Assembly (NCBI GenBank): GCA_965208325.1
Contig: OZ242326.1
Location: 384,001-448,000 of the forward strand
Origin: Candidatus Poribacteria bacterium
Lineage (GTDB): Bacteria; Poribacteria; WGA-4E; PCPOR2b
DNA: 64,000 bases
Direction: 5' to 3'
The notes below the pieces were generated by a model. The model did no database searches. It was given only the letters and a program-made list of their open reading frames with translations, and was not told where the DNA came from. Position numbers and translations under genes: made by a program. Of this stretch, positions 30,628-41,256 are shown one piece after another. Within the stretch, counting starts at the first letter, position 1, and each line of letters starts with the position of its first letter.

Positions 30628-31953
30628 TTAGATTGACAGCACGACTTCAAACGCATTTTTACCGGACTGCACATCAACGCGGACAAACAACAGGCGATTG
30701 TCCAAGCGGGTAACAGCGTGGGAGTTAGATTTGGCGAGCGTGAGGCCTGCGTGATCGCCCCAAATCGTCAAGCCGTACGGCATGGTTTTAGGGGACTCAA
30801 TCTCGAAGTGCATCCGCAATAGCGACCGTGTGCGAGAAGGCAGAAATTTTTCAATCTTCGGCAAGCTAAATTCTGTACCATCGCGCGATTTCACTGGCGG
30901 CGTAATGTAGTTCTTAACGGCAATCGGTTCCATGCTGTCTGCTTCAAAGACCAACTGGCAGTCTGAATCGTAATAGCATAGCATCGACTGCGGCGGCATC
31001 GACCCAGCATCGGTGGGACTGTCTGGCGTCGTATTGGAGGTTGAATCGCCCGATTCAATGAGGAGGAAGGTGGGGGGCGTCTGATTGCACTCTCGCTGAA
31101 AGTCTTCGATAGCATTCGCAAGCGGTATGGCTTGTGTTTTGGAATATTGAGACACATGTGCGAAGTACGCGTTCAACGCTTCCAGATGTTCCGATGAAAA
31201 TTGCGCTACCTGATCTGCATGGATATGTTGAACGTAAGCGAGCCAAGGATTCCACGCTGCATTTTCCGCATAGAGATTGAAGAAATGGCGTGCTGTTCCG
31301 TTCAAAATTTGGGTACGAAGATCGAGCGGGTCATTTTCTTCAGATTCGGGCGCTTGCGTCGAAGACGGCTTTTGTTTCTCAACGCTCCGTGCCGATGCGG
31401 GATTTGGCGACGCAGCCGGAATTCCAGCGATTTTTCCCGCAGCGGGACCGCCCATATTATGCGCATCTGAGGAGGGGTAAAAAAATCCAAAAGGGCAACC
31501 GGCGTCGCCGCCTTTATCCCCCCAACGATAACCCCAAAGCCCTTTGAAACCAACTTTGCCCAACGCATACAGCAATACATGATTTTTTTCCACCGCACCC
31601 GCTACCGCCGGGCGTGCCCATTCCATTTCCCTCTGGACCTTCTCCCACTCGGATGAAATGAATGGTGGTAGTTTCTCGCGCATAGTCACGATATGCTCGG
31701 CTGATTCAGGCCGGTCTATCGGCGTATCGCTGCTCCAAATGGGTTTCATATCTACCAGCAAGAGCAGATCGTCCCCATAACTTTCGTGCCATTGGGAAAA
31801 GTCAGCAGCGAAAGCTCGCGCGGATACGCGGTTAATTGCCCAAGTTATAGGAACGCCGTGATTGTGCGCAATTTCTGCGAGGAGGCGAACGCCGCGTCTC
31901 AGATTTGTCCTGTCGTCGGAAATCGCAGTGCTAACGAGTGAGTAGGCAAACAT
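30628..31953 (-). CDS. hypothetical protein (possibly carbohydrate-esterase-like barrel)
   Basis: 441-aa ORF starting 3 bp after the cytochrome gene stop. PITWA and GCPFGFFYPS segments. Confidence 0.6.
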   Translation of the reverse strand: MFAYSLVSTAISDDRTNLRRGVRLLAEIAHNHGVPITWAINRVSARAFAADFSQWHESYGDDLLLLVDMKPIWSSDTPIDRPESAEHIVTMREKLPPFISSEWEKVQREMEWARPAVAGAVEKNHVLLYALGKVGFKGLWGYRWGDKGGDAGCPFGFFYPSSDAHNMGGPAAGKIAGIPAASPNPASARSVEKQKPSSTQAPESEENDPLDLRTQILNGTARHFFNLYAENAAWNPWLAYVQHIHADQVAQFSSEHLEALNAYFAHVSQYSKTQAIPLANAIEDFQRECNQTPPTFLLIESGDSTSNTTPDSPTDAGSMPPQSMLCYYDSDCQLVFEADSMEPIAVKNYITPPVKSRDGTEFSLPKIEKFLPSRTRSLLRMHFEIESPKTMPYGLTIWGDHAGLTLAKSNSHAVTRLDNRLLFVRVDVQSGKNAFEVVLSI

Positions 31954-31956
31954 ATT

Positions 31957-33060
31957 TTACTGCTGTACGTAAGTTTTGTTCAAATAATGGGCAATAATCT
32001 CAATATCTTCCTCTAACATGAATAGACCATTTTCAATCATCCGGGCAATGAGTTCTCTGGTTTCCGCTTCAGAGGTGGGCGGCGCATTGTCAACATCCGC
32101 TAATGGATGGCATTGAGAGCAAGTAATTTCAAAAAGTTCTAGTGCCTCTGCAGGGTCATAGCTCGCCTGGTCCGAGCTGGCCGTAACAATGGCATCGGGG
32201 TCTTGAGTAACAATGTCCGGTCCCTGGACGGCGTCAGGTTGCGGACTGAAGGCCGATTGCAGCGCAACTTGTGACTGGCTGGCTTGCATCTCTTCTTTTC
32301 TCTGCTCTTTCACCGAGTTTTGTATGTCAGGCGTAATCGCAATTAAGTATGCCGATACTGTCCACTGTTCTTCCTGGCTAATCGGTTCTCCAATGACGGG
32401 CTTAATCGCCATTCGATTGACCAGCCGAACCCAATCCGGCGGAGTCCGGGGGCGAACAAGAATTGTTCGTAGGTCGTGGCACTGGACGCATTTCTTCAAT
32501 AGTACGTCCTGTCCGTCGCGCAATTTTCGTTTGGAAGCGAGTTTATCCAGCGGTGCATCGTCAGGCAATCCGGCTGTCTGCAACATTTTGTGCGTTCTTT
32601 GCATACCGGCTTCACTAAAGACTTCTTGGGATGTTCGCAGGGCGCGTTCACGCAGTGTGAAAGGCACAGACAAGCCGATTAACAGATAGGTACACAACAA
32701 TAGGGCAGTTCCAAGATACGGCATGGCTTCTTCGAAGTGCCTGAAGAAGCGGAGGATGGCGATCTTGACCAATAACAGCACGCCGATGGTAATGCCAAGC
32801 ATCAAGTGGGCAACAGTGCGCGGCGGGAGTTCAATCTGATAGTTCCACAAGCGGGGCACCATATGCCACATCATGCAGACATAAAGTATCGCATACGAAA
32901 TGCCAATGAGACGGTGTATCAATACGAGCGGCGCAGGAGCGGCGCTTGTGCGGGTTTTTTCATCGAAAGGATAACCCCACAGTTTGTACATTAGGAACAC
33001 CGCGGCATTGCCTAAACCTAAGAATAAAAGGCCAAGTATGGCGCTTGTCGAAGTAGACAT
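31957..33060 (-). CDS. membrane-bound di-heme c-type cytochrome with N-terminal TM domain
   Basis: Four TM helices with His (HRLIG, AHLMLG), CVQCH and CSQCH motifs. GGAGGG RBS precedes ATG 33060. Confidence 0.85.
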   Translation of the reverse strand: MSTSTSAILGLLFLGLGNAAVFLMYKLWGYPFDEKTRTSAAPAPLVLIHRLIGISYAILYVCMMWHMVPRLWNYQIELPPRTVAHLMLGITIGVLLLVKIAILRFFRHFEEAMPYLGTALLLCTYLLIGLSVPFTLRERALRTSQEVFSEAGMQRTHKMLQTAGLPDDAPLDKLASKRKLRDGQDVLLKKCVQCHDLRTILVRPRTPPDWVRLVNRMAIKPVIGEPISQEEQWTVSAYLIAITPDIQNSVKEQRKEEMQASQSQVALQSAFSPQPDAVQGPDIVTQDPDAIVTASSDQASYDPAEALELFEITCSQCHPLADVDNAPPTSEAETRELIARMIENGLFMLEEDIEIIAHYLNKTYVQQ

Positions 33061-33272
33061 ATAGAAGTTCCCTCCATCAGGCTGTGTGGCCAATTTGAAG
33101 ATAGTAGAGTTAGCCAATTGTAACACAAAGCCGTGCGATTGTCACCACTACTTTACCGGCGGGGCTTTTTGCATTGGCACGGTTTTTTATTGTGTGATAC
33201 AATAATCTTAAGTGTTTTTAATTTGCCGGGTGGCAAATTGTCCCAATTAACCCTTGTGTTGTGCTTATTTAG

Positions 33273-33905
33273 TTGATGAAGGAGTTGAATATGAGTAGAA
33301 AACTTCTGTTGATGCTGGCGTTAGCTGCGGTTGTGTGCGGTCTTGTGTTTACCGTACAAAGCCACATGGGCGGGAAGAATGAAGTTCAGCCAATGTACGG
33401 CAGCCTGCTAATTGATGGTTATGATTTTAAGAACGATGTTGGGCCAAAAGGCACCATAATATACGATGAAGACAAAAATGAATTTAGAGGCACCTACATT
33501 GGGCTAAAGATGCCCCAGGGACGCCGCGCTGTCTTCGCATGGCTTTACGATACTGTCAATCAAAAAGCTGAATATCTCGGACCGGTCGGCTGGCTAAAAG
33601 TTGGTACTGCCGGCAAGAATAAGGGGAAGTTCGCCATTAAAGTGCCGGATAAATTTGAGGGCGGTAACTTTGGTAGTTACGAAATTATCGGATTCACAGC
33701 CGAGAAAACATTGCTAATAGCGAACGGTACGGAGGTAGTAGAGAAGCCGGCGAAGCCTGCCGGAAGCAAAATATTAAAGAAATTGGATCCGGCTTTTTAC
33801 TTGTACGCTGCGCTGCCCAACTCAGACACGCCAATGCACTACTGTGGACACGGGGGAGATTTCTTTTTCGCGAAGGATTTGGAGAATCAACTCTGTTACG
33901 ACTGA
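33273..33905 (+). CDS. hypothetical secreted protein
   Basis: Hydrophobic N-terminus. AAGGAG RBS precedes MSRKL. Confidence 0.65.
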   Translation: MMKELNMSRKLLLMLALAAVVCGLVFTVQSHMGGKNEVQPMYGSLLIDGYDFKNDVGPKGTIIYDEDKNEFRGTYIGLKMPQGRRAVFAWLYDTVNQKAEYLGPVGWLKVGTAGKNKGKFAIKVPDKFEGGNFGSYEIIGFTAEKTLLIANGTEVVEKPAKPAGSKILKKLDPAFYLYAALPNSDTPMHYCGHGGDFFFAKDLENQLCYD

Positions 33906-34235
33906 CTGTGCGGCACAACATATTCCAAGTGCAAAGCTGCTGGATTAAAAGCCCACGGCAAATAGCATTTTGAATATGTCCTCGGCTCGTGAAGTCGAGG
34001 TAAATCAGTTTACCAGAAATACCGCAACACGAAAATCTATCGGCTGCCGAATCATATTTGTATGGTTTGAGTTTGACGTAAGCCTGGCGCAATTGAGCGG
34101 AATGCTGGACGGTAGTGATGTCCTTGCCGCGCCGATATTGCATCGTCACGACGCGCAATTTTCGGCGCAACAACAGATGATTGAATGGATGTGCGGCGTT
34201 GATTGAATTTTGAACTTGCTGGGAGGTGAAGCGCT

Positions 34236-34598
34236 ATGGGCTATTGTGCAGCGGTACCAGTCTTGCGTATATTTGACGAGGCTAAAGCGAAGGAATTTTA
34301 TGTCGATTTCTTGGGCTTCAACGTCGATTGGGAACACCGATTTGATGACAATGCGCCGCTCTACATGCAGATCTCCAAGGATAACTGTGTCATCCATTTG
34401 TCAGAGCATCACGGCGATTGTTGCCCCGGCGGAGCAATGAAAATTGAAACGACGGAAATAGATGCATACGAGAAAGAACTAAACGACAAGAATTACCGGT
34501 ACTATCGGCCGGGGATAGACGACATGCCATGGGGCAGCAGAGACATGTCTGTCAAAGATCCATTCGGCAACAGACTGACGTTTACAGACGCGGTATGA
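34236..34598 (+). CDS. VOC/glyoxalase (bleomycin-resistance) family protein
   Basis: PVLRIFD..AKEFYVDFLGF, HLSEHHGD and DPFGNRLTF. Confidence 0.92.
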   Translation: MGYCAAVPVLRIFDEAKAKEFYVDFLGFNVDWEHRFDDNAPLYMQISKDNCVIHLSEHHGDCCPGGAMKIETTEIDAYEKELNDKNYRYYRPGIDDMPWGSRDMSVKDPFGNRLTFTDAV

Positions 34599-34708
34599 CG
34601 TCCGGAAACACGACGATTTGCCGCTCCTTTTTGCTCCAGCCGCTAACCCACCCCAGCGCTTCGGTTTCTTGCGCGCTCGCTTTGTAATCAAAATGTCAAG
34701 GCGTCCGA

Positions 34709-37126
34709 ATGAACGTAAAACAGATTCGAATTTTACACGCTGATGATACGGTCCTGATGCGTATCAGCCGTGAAGGTTTGCTATCACTTAACCTTGCCGA
34801 GATGCAAGCGATCCAGGCTTACTTCGCGGATGTAGGTAGAGATCCGACGGATGTTGAACTTGAAACGCTTGCCCAAACCTGGTCCGAGCATTGCGTTCAT
34901 AAGACGTTCCGGGGGTTGATTGAATATTCCGAAGATGGCAGCGAGACAGTCGTGATCGATGGGCTGCTCCAGACAACGATAATGCGGGCAACACATACCA
35001 TTGACAAAAGTTGGTGCGTCTCAACATTTTCCGATAACGCCGGCATCATCGAATTTGATGATGAGTATAACGTCGTATTCAAAGTCGAAACGCACAACCA
35101 CCCATCTGCAATTGAGCCGTATGGCGGCGCCGGAACGGGAATCGGAGGCGTCATTCGGGACTCGCTCGGCACAGGGCTTGGCGCCAAACCCGTATTGAAC
35201 ACGGACGTTTTCTGTCTAGGGCTTCCAAATATGGATTATGACGCTTTGCCCAAAGGTGCGCTCCATCCGAAACGTGTTTTCAAAGGCGTCGTAGCGGGTG
35301 TGCGAGACTACGGTAATCGCATGGGCATTCCGACGGCAAACGGTGCAGTTCTATTCGATGATCGGTATACTGCCAATCCGCTTGTATTCTGCGGCAATGT
35401 CGGTCTGATTCCAAAAAACCGGTGCGGTAAAGAGGTTATTCCCGGCGACCGCATCGTTGCGCTTGGCGGACGGACCGGACGTGACGGTATTCACGGGGCG
35501 ACTTTTTCTTCGCTAGAGTTAGATGACACCTCCGAGACACTCGGCAGCGTCGTACAAATTGGCAACCCGATTATGGAGAAAAAAATCGTTGACGCCTTAC
35601 TGCAAGCGCGTAATGGCGCACTTTTCCGCTCCATCACGGATTGCGGCGCCGGCGGATTTTCCTCGGCGATTGGTGAAATGGGTCAGCATACGGGCGCAGA
35701 GGTACATTTAGAAAGCGTACCGCTCAAATACGCAGGCCTTGAACCTTGGGAGGTTTGGCTTTCCGAGGCACAGGAACGGATGGTACTTGCGGTTCCATCC
35801 GAAAACCTTGATGCGCTGATGCAAATTTGCGATGCGGAATCGGTCGAAGCTTCGGTGCTTGGAAAGTTTACAAACAGCCGAAAATTGCGCGTGTTATTTG
35901 ATGGGGAAATCGTCGCGGATATGGATATGGATTTCCTTCACGGTGGATTGCCGCGTATTACAAAAAAGGCTGTTTGGGAATTACCTCAACACCCTGAACC
36001 AAATGCGTCAGAACTTGCGGGAACGGATTTCTGTTCTAAGTCGTCGCAGTCAGAAATAACGGAGATGCTCTTCAAGATTCTCGGCAGCCCCAACGTCGCT
36101 AGCAAAGAATGGGTCATCAGACAATACGACCATGAGGTTCAGGGCGGGATTGTCGTCAAGCCGCTCGTTGGAAGTGAAAATGACGGCCCAGGGGATGCGT
36201 GCATCACAACGCCGGTCCTCGGTTCACGACGAGGACTCGTTGTAGCGAACGGTGTCAATCCGAGATATGCAGACATCGATCCGTATCACAGCGCCGCGTC
36301 CGCAATTGACGAAGCACTGCGAAATGTCATCGCAGTGGGCGGCAACCTTGAACGCACCGCTCTGCTCGACAACTTCAGTTGGGGGAATCCCGATAAACCG
36401 GATAGGCTTGGCGGCTTAGTACGTTCGGCGAGAGCGTGCCACGATATTGCCGTCGCCTACGGTACGCCCTTCATCTCCGGCAAGGATAGTCTATACAACG
36501 AATACCGGGATACCACCACCGGTGAGCAACTGGCTATCCCGCCGACACTGCTAATCTCCGCTATTTGCGTCATGCCGGACGTGGGTAATGCAGTTACCAT
36601 GGATGCGAAATCGCCGGGAGATTTGGTCTACATCGTCGGGGAAACCTATTCCGAACTCGGCGGATCGCATTACTATGCCATGCAAGGCTATATCGGAAAC
36701 GACGTGCCCAAAGTACGCCCCAAAGAAGGCAAACGGACGATGACAGCGATTAGCCGCGCTATCGAAAATCAACTCGTCCGTGCGTGCCACGACTGTTCAG
36801 AGGGCGGCATAGGCGTCGCGGCGGCGGAAATGGCATTTGCCGGTGGAATGGGTATGCAATTGGATTTGGCGAACGTTCCGCGCGACGCATCCATCACGGC
36901 GGACGGTGTGCTGCTGTTCTCCGAATCCAACAGCCGATTCGTGTTGAGCATCGCCCCCGAAAACCGTGGAGCGTTTGAGGCGGCAATGGCGGGCATCGCT
37001 GTCGGCCTCATCGGCACGGTGGTCGAAACTTCAGATTTTGTTGTTAAGGGGTTGCGTAGAGAGACTATAATTCAAACGGCTACCAATCAACTCAAGGAAC
37101 ATTGGAAGCGGACATTTCGCTGGTGA
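34709..37126 (+). CDS. purL: phosphoribosylformylglycinamidine synthase subunit PurL
   Basis: QTWSEHCVHKTF, KVETHNHPS, GRDGIHGA, SEAQERM, QYDHEV and FISGKDS. Confidence 0.95.
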   Translation: MNVKQIRILHADDTVLMRISREGLLSLNLAEMQAIQAYFADVGRDPTDVELETLAQTWSEHCVHKTFRGLIEYSEDGSETVVIDGLLQTTIMRATHTIDKSWCVSTFSDNAGIIEFDDEYNVVFKVETHNHPSAIEPYGGAGTGIGGVIRDSLGTGLGAKPVLNTDVFCLGLPNMDYDALPKGALHPKRVFKGVVAGVRDYGNRMGIPTANGAVLFDDRYTANPLVFCGNVGLIPKNRCGKEVIPGDRIVALGGRTGRDGIHGATFSSLELDDTSETLGSVVQIGNPIMEKKIVDALLQARNGALFRSITDCGAGGFSSAIGEMGQHTGAEVHLESVPLKYAGLEPWEVWLSEAQERMVLAVPSENLDALMQICDAESVEASVLGKFTNSRKLRVLFDGEIVADMDMDFLHGGLPRITKKAVWELPQHPEPNASELAGTDFCSKSSQSEITEMLFKILGSPNVASKEWVIRQYDHEVQGGIVVKPLVGSENDGPGDACITTPVLGSRRGLVVANGVNPRYADIDPYHSAASAIDEALRNVIAVGGNLERTALLDNFSWGNPDKPDRLGGLVRSARACHDIAVAYGTPFISGKDSLYNEYRDTTTGEQLAIPPTLLISAICVMPDVGNAVTMDAKSPGDLVYIVGETYSELGGSHYYAMQGYIGNDVPKVRPKEGKRTMTAISRAIENQLVRACHDCSEGGIGVAAAEMAFAGGMGMQLDLANVPRDASITADGVLLFSESNSRFVLSIAPENRGAFEAAMAGIAVGLIGTVVETSDFVVKGLRRETIIQTATNQLKEHWKRTFRW

Positions 37127-37250
37127 TTTCACTTGCACTAGCTTGTGTACAAAAATGGTTGTTTTAAAGTAGTTGACCGATTGTGACGCGAGGTTTAGTT
37201 TGATTGACGTGTGTATGAATCTGCAACAAGAACCAAAGTTGCGTCGGCAG

Positions 37251-38702
37251 ATGAATTCTCACATTTTACGCCGACGTCCCGGCTGTTTTCTACTCCTTGG
37301 GATTTGGATATGCAGTGTACTGGGATGTAATTTTTCGGGCCGAGACCGTACCCCGCCCCAAATTAAACTCACAATCCAGAATACGTTGCCAATAGAGCGC
37401 CTCAACGTTCCCATCGTGCTCACGCTTGAAGAGCTTAGGTCGGTTGCTTCGGATTTTTCGTTTGATATTTTCTTGGTAAATCCTAGTCAACGAGGTCCTG
37501 AAATTCATAGCCAAACCGACGATACTGATTATGACGGCAAAAAGGACGAATTGATATTTCTGGTAGACCTCGCGCCTCGGGAAACCAAAGAGGTTTCAAT
37601 CCTATATGAACCCCGAGACGGCGCCAATTACAGGACGCCGTTGACGCTTGAATTTCCAAAGCGGACAAGATCCGGTATTTTTCCAGAATTAAATGGGTTT
37701 GCAGCGTTGGAGTCTGAGTCAATTGCTTATGTTCTACATGATGACGGGTCGACTCAAGCCTACGGAAAGCGGAAAAAGCTGCTGTTTACAATTGAGCCGC
37801 ATTTTCAGAATGAGTTAGAATACCGCAATGCTGTTTCACCTGAGTTACGGCAAGCATTTGAAAAAAATGGCGTTGGGTTATCTCGGAATATCACAGTTGA
37901 AATTCAGACGCCCGAAAGTGATTGGGTGATTATCGACCAGCAGAGTAAGCAAAAATTCTCAGTCCGGAAAGAAGAAAACCAACTTAACGTCTACAATGCT
38001 AAGGAATTGTCAATCGATCGATTTATCGGCCGGACCGATGGTGCATACGACGATGATCCCGATATCATGACCGCGCTTACTCCGTCCCACGGGTTAATCG
38101 GCTGCGGCGGCTTCGCACTTTGGGACAAAATCAGCCAAGGTCTAATTGCGCCCACCCATGAAAATGACTACACACGAGTGCTTTCCGACGGTCCCATTCG
38201 GTCCATCGTACAGCGGATAATACCCAATTTTCCCTTAAATACGGGTACAATTCAATTGACGTCAACGACTATGATTTATGCGGGTCACCAGTGGGGAGAA
38301 CATCACATCGAAGCGCCCGGGCTAACATCGAGATATTGTATTGCAGCGGGTGTTCCAACTGACGGCTACAGCTTGGGCGAAAACGCAACAGAAGGGTGGC
38401 TATGGACTCGGAATCAACCAGCCCTTACATCACCGCCATCTAAACTTGATATGGGCATCGTTTTCCCGCCAGATCGATTCGAGACATTCAAAGAGTTGGT
38501 CTCAACGAAATCTGATACCAAAACCTACACCGCGCTGATGAACCCGTCTGACAACGGGAGGCTTGTATACCGTTTTGCGTGTGTTTGGAAAACTGATGAA
38601 ATCAAGGCTGAAGCGGATGTGCACCAATTTGTTCAATTTTCGGCGGCGGACTTCCGTACGCCGCCGGTAATTACATTTTTGCCCCAGTCGTCAAAGCGGT
38701 AA
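37251..38702 (+). CDS. DUF4861-like lipoprotein
   Basis: VLGC lipobox, SQTDDTDYDGKKDELIF, YGKR, GCGGFALW and DGPIRS. Confidence 0.6.
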   Translation: MNSHILRRRPGCFLLLGIWICSVLGCNFSGRDRTPPQIKLTIQNTLPIERLNVPIVLTLEELRSVASDFSFDIFLVNPSQRGPEIHSQTDDTDYDGKKDELIFLVDLAPRETKEVSILYEPRDGANYRTPLTLEFPKRTRSGIFPELNGFAALESESIAYVLHDDGSTQAYGKRKKLLFTIEPHFQNELEYRNAVSPELRQAFEKNGVGLSRNITVEIQTPESDWVIIDQQSKQKFSVRKEENQLNVYNAKELSIDRFIGRTDGAYDDDPDIMTALTPSHGLIGCGGFALWDKISQGLIAPTHENDYTRVLSDGPIRSIVQRIIPNFPLNTGTIQLTSTTMIYAGHQWGEHHIEAPGLTSRYCIAAGVPTDGYSLGENATEGWLWTRNQPALTSPPSKLDMGIVFPPDRFETFKELVSTKSDTKTYTALMNPSDNGRLVYRFACVWKTDEIKAEADVHQFVQFSAADFRTPPVITFLPQSSKR

Positions 38703-38783
38703 TGTGTGCAATGGGTGACAGCGTGTGATTGGCGGTTTTAATCGTGATTTCAGCAGTCCAATCAGCAATTCAAGAGACTGACT

Positions 38784-39380
38784 ATGCTTAACAAAGAAGA
38801 TTGCCTTAAAATCATCGCCAAGCACAGAACGGATGAAGTCGTCATTACAACAATGGGGTGCGTAGCCGTTTGGGGAGAGATTTCTGAACACCCGCTAGAT
38901 TTTGCTTCTGTTGGCAGCGCAATGGGGCATGCTGCTGATTTCGCATTGGGGATTGCGCTTGCAAGGCCAGACAAAAAGGTGTTGGTACTAAATGGCGACG
39001 GGAGCATGCTGATGAGCTTGGGCACGCTTGCAACGGCTACCGGGTTGACGAGACCGCCGCACAACTACTACCTATTCGTGTGTGAAAATAGTGAGTATGA
39101 AGTAACAGGCAACCAATCGATACCCGGGGGAATGAACTTTAGCTTCACCGCAGTTGCGCACGGGTCGGGATTTGAGAAGATTCATCGGATCGAGGAACCT
39201 TCAGTGCTGGACAGTGCCGTACCGCGTATTTTGGCTGAGGAGGGCCCTACCTTTATAAACCTTAAAATCGCGTCTTCAAATTCGCAGCCGCCGCATCGGA
39301 GTTCAGCAAATTCGGTTGGGTATTTGCGGGAAACGCTTTCCCAGTCAGCGCGCAAATTAGCAAAAGCGTTGAAGTCATGA
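38784..39380 (+). CDS. thiamine-diphosphate enzyme beta subunit (ComE/phosphonopyruvate decarboxylase-like)
   Basis: SAMG and the GDGSMLMSLG...EN..YEVTGNQ ThDP-binding motif. Confidence 0.85.
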   Translation: MLNKEDCLKIIAKHRTDEVVITTMGCVAVWGEISEHPLDFASVGSAMGHAADFALGIALARPDKKVLVLNGDGSMLMSLGTLATATGLTRPPHNYYLFVCENSEYEVTGNQSIPGGMNFSFTAVAHGSGFEKIHRIEEPSVLDSAVPRILAEEGPTFINLKIASSNSQPPHRSSANSVGYLRETLSQSARKLAKALKS

Positions 39381-39618
39381 ATCTTCTGCGTAGTTCCGTC
39401 CCTACTCGAGCGGCAGAAAAACCCATTTTGGAATACCCCGATTCAACTTGGGCACGGGAAGGTGTTCTACACCGCGCACCGGCAAAATCGACACCTAGTA
39501 GAAGCAGATACAACGCCGTTCGGATTTAAACAAACCGCTTTATGCGCTGTACGTGGAAGCGATTGGCTGCTGATTAGTTTGTTCCACTGATGCGAAAAAC
39601 TTCAGAAGGGAGAATCCG

Positions 39619-40209
39619 TTGAAACGTCTGATTGTTGCAATTACCGGAGCGAGCGGCGTTGTTTACGGGATACGGTTACTGAAAATCCTTGCGCATCAAA
39701 AGGAATATGAGATACATTTGACAATTTCCCGTTCGGGGGCAACGGCGTTGTGGGAGGAGCTTCAGGTACGTGTAGACTTGGACAACTTTGAGCTTGCATC
39801 GCTGATTGGGTTTGACTCAGAAATTGTGGTATACCATCGTGAGTCCGACATTGCGGCTCCCATTGCGAGCGGATCTTTTCGCACACAAGGCATGATAATT
39901 GCCCCGTGCAGTATGGGAACATTGGGGTCGATCGCCGCCGGAATTTCGCGCAACCTCATCCATCGTGCTGCCGATGTCTGTATTAAGGAGCGGCGCAAGC
40001 TGGTGCTAATGCCGCGTGACACACCGCTCAGCTCCATCCATCTCGAAAACATGTTGAAACTGTCACGCATCGGTGCGTGCATTCTGCCCGCAATGCCGGG
40101 TTTTTACCACTTCCCTAAAACTGTCGATGACCAGATTGACTTCGTGGTCACCAAAGTGCTAGATCAATTCGACTTTGATGCCGGACTGATTCAACGATGG
40201 AAGGAATAG
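39619..40209 (+). CDS. ubiX: flavin prenyltransferase UbiX
   Basis: ITGASG, IASGS, PCSMGT, RAADV..KE and PAMPGFY. Confidence 0.93.
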   Translation: MKRLIVAITGASGVVYGIRLLKILAHQKEYEIHLTISRSGATALWEELQVRVDLDNFELASLIGFDSEIVVYHRESDIAAPIASGSFRTQGMIIAPCSMGTLGSIAAGISRNLIHRAADVCIKERRKLVLMPRDTPLSSIHLENMLKLSRIGACILPAMPGFYHFPKTVDDQIDFVVTKVLDQFDFDAGLIQRWKE

Positions 40210-40236
40210 TGGACTTCTTGTATTGAGAAAAAGCGA

Positions 40237-41100
40237 ATGATTTTCCGTAAAATCAAAATCATCCTTGAGATGATTAAGTTCGAGCACACCATATTCGCGC
40301 TTCCGTTTGCGATCATGAGCGCGTTCATTGCCTCCGACGGTATCCCCGCACCCGACAAACTTATTTGGATACTCTTCGCCATGATCGGTGCGAGAAGTTG
40401 CGCCATGGCGTTCAATCGCCTTGCCGATTCCGGTTTCGACAGCGCTAATCCACGGACAGCCGCGCGCGCGATCCCGGCGGGAAGGATTACAAAACGGGCG
40501 GTGTGGGTGTTCACTGTCGTTTCTGCCGCCCTGCTAGTGTTCGCTGCGTACAAACTCAATCCGCTCGCATTTACACTTTCGCCGGTCGCGCTTGCCGTGA
40601 TAGTGGGGTACTCCTACTCAAAACGGTGGACTATTCTCTCGCACTTCTGGCTTGGGCTATCAATCTCTATCGCCCCGATTGGCGCCTGGATTGCTATCAC
40701 CGGCACGCTTGATTGGCCGCCAATGCTGCTCGGTTCGGCGGTGTTGCTTTGGATTGGTGGATTTGACATTATCTATGCTTGCCAAGATTATGAATTCGAT
40801 CGTAAGCACGGGCTTTTCTCAATTCCGGCTCGTTACGGAAAACAGCGTGCATTGCGATTGTCGTCAACGCTGCATGCCGTGATGGTTGCGGTGCTCATTG
40901 GTGTAACTGCAATAACGGACCTGGGCGTTTTCTACCTGATTGGCGTAGGAATCGTCACGATTCTTCTCATCTATGAACATGCAATCGTCAGACCTAATGA
41001 TCTCTCAAGAGTAAACCTCGCGTTCTTCACACTGAATGGCGTTGTGAGTTTGGTGCTCATGGCGCTGTCAGTGGCAGACATGCTGGTTGGTATAAACTGA
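40237..41100 (+). CDS. UbiA-family polyprenyltransferase (MqnP-like)
   Basis: IKFEHTIFALPF, AMAFNRLAD...NPRT and FDIIYACQD. Confidence 0.88.
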   Translation: MIFRKIKIILEMIKFEHTIFALPFAIMSAFIASDGIPAPDKLIWILFAMIGARSCAMAFNRLADSGFDSANPRTAARAIPAGRITKRAVWVFTVVSAALLVFAAYKLNPLAFTLSPVALAVIVGYSYSKRWTILSHFWLGLSISIAPIGAWIAITGTLDWPPMLLGSAVLLWIGGFDIIYACQDYEFDRKHGLFSIPARYGKQRALRLSSTLHAVMVAVLIGVTAITDLGVFYLIGVGIVTILLIYEHAIVRPNDLSRVNLAFFTLNGVVSLVLMALSVADMLVGIN

Positions 41101-41256
41101 TTTTTCGCCGAGTTAATCATCAGTGTGCAGTGTAGTATGCAACCCCTTCCGACGGTATTAAATCACAAGCGCACCACGGTGGGATGCAGAACATCACTGG
41201 GGAAATTGAAGTTGAATCGCAAATGCGCCCTCCTCGTCAAATTACCGCCTTATGTT

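Noticed and set aside
33970..34206. 78-aa ORF between the hypothetical and glyoxalase genes
   Set aside because: No motif support; may be a remnant or spurious.
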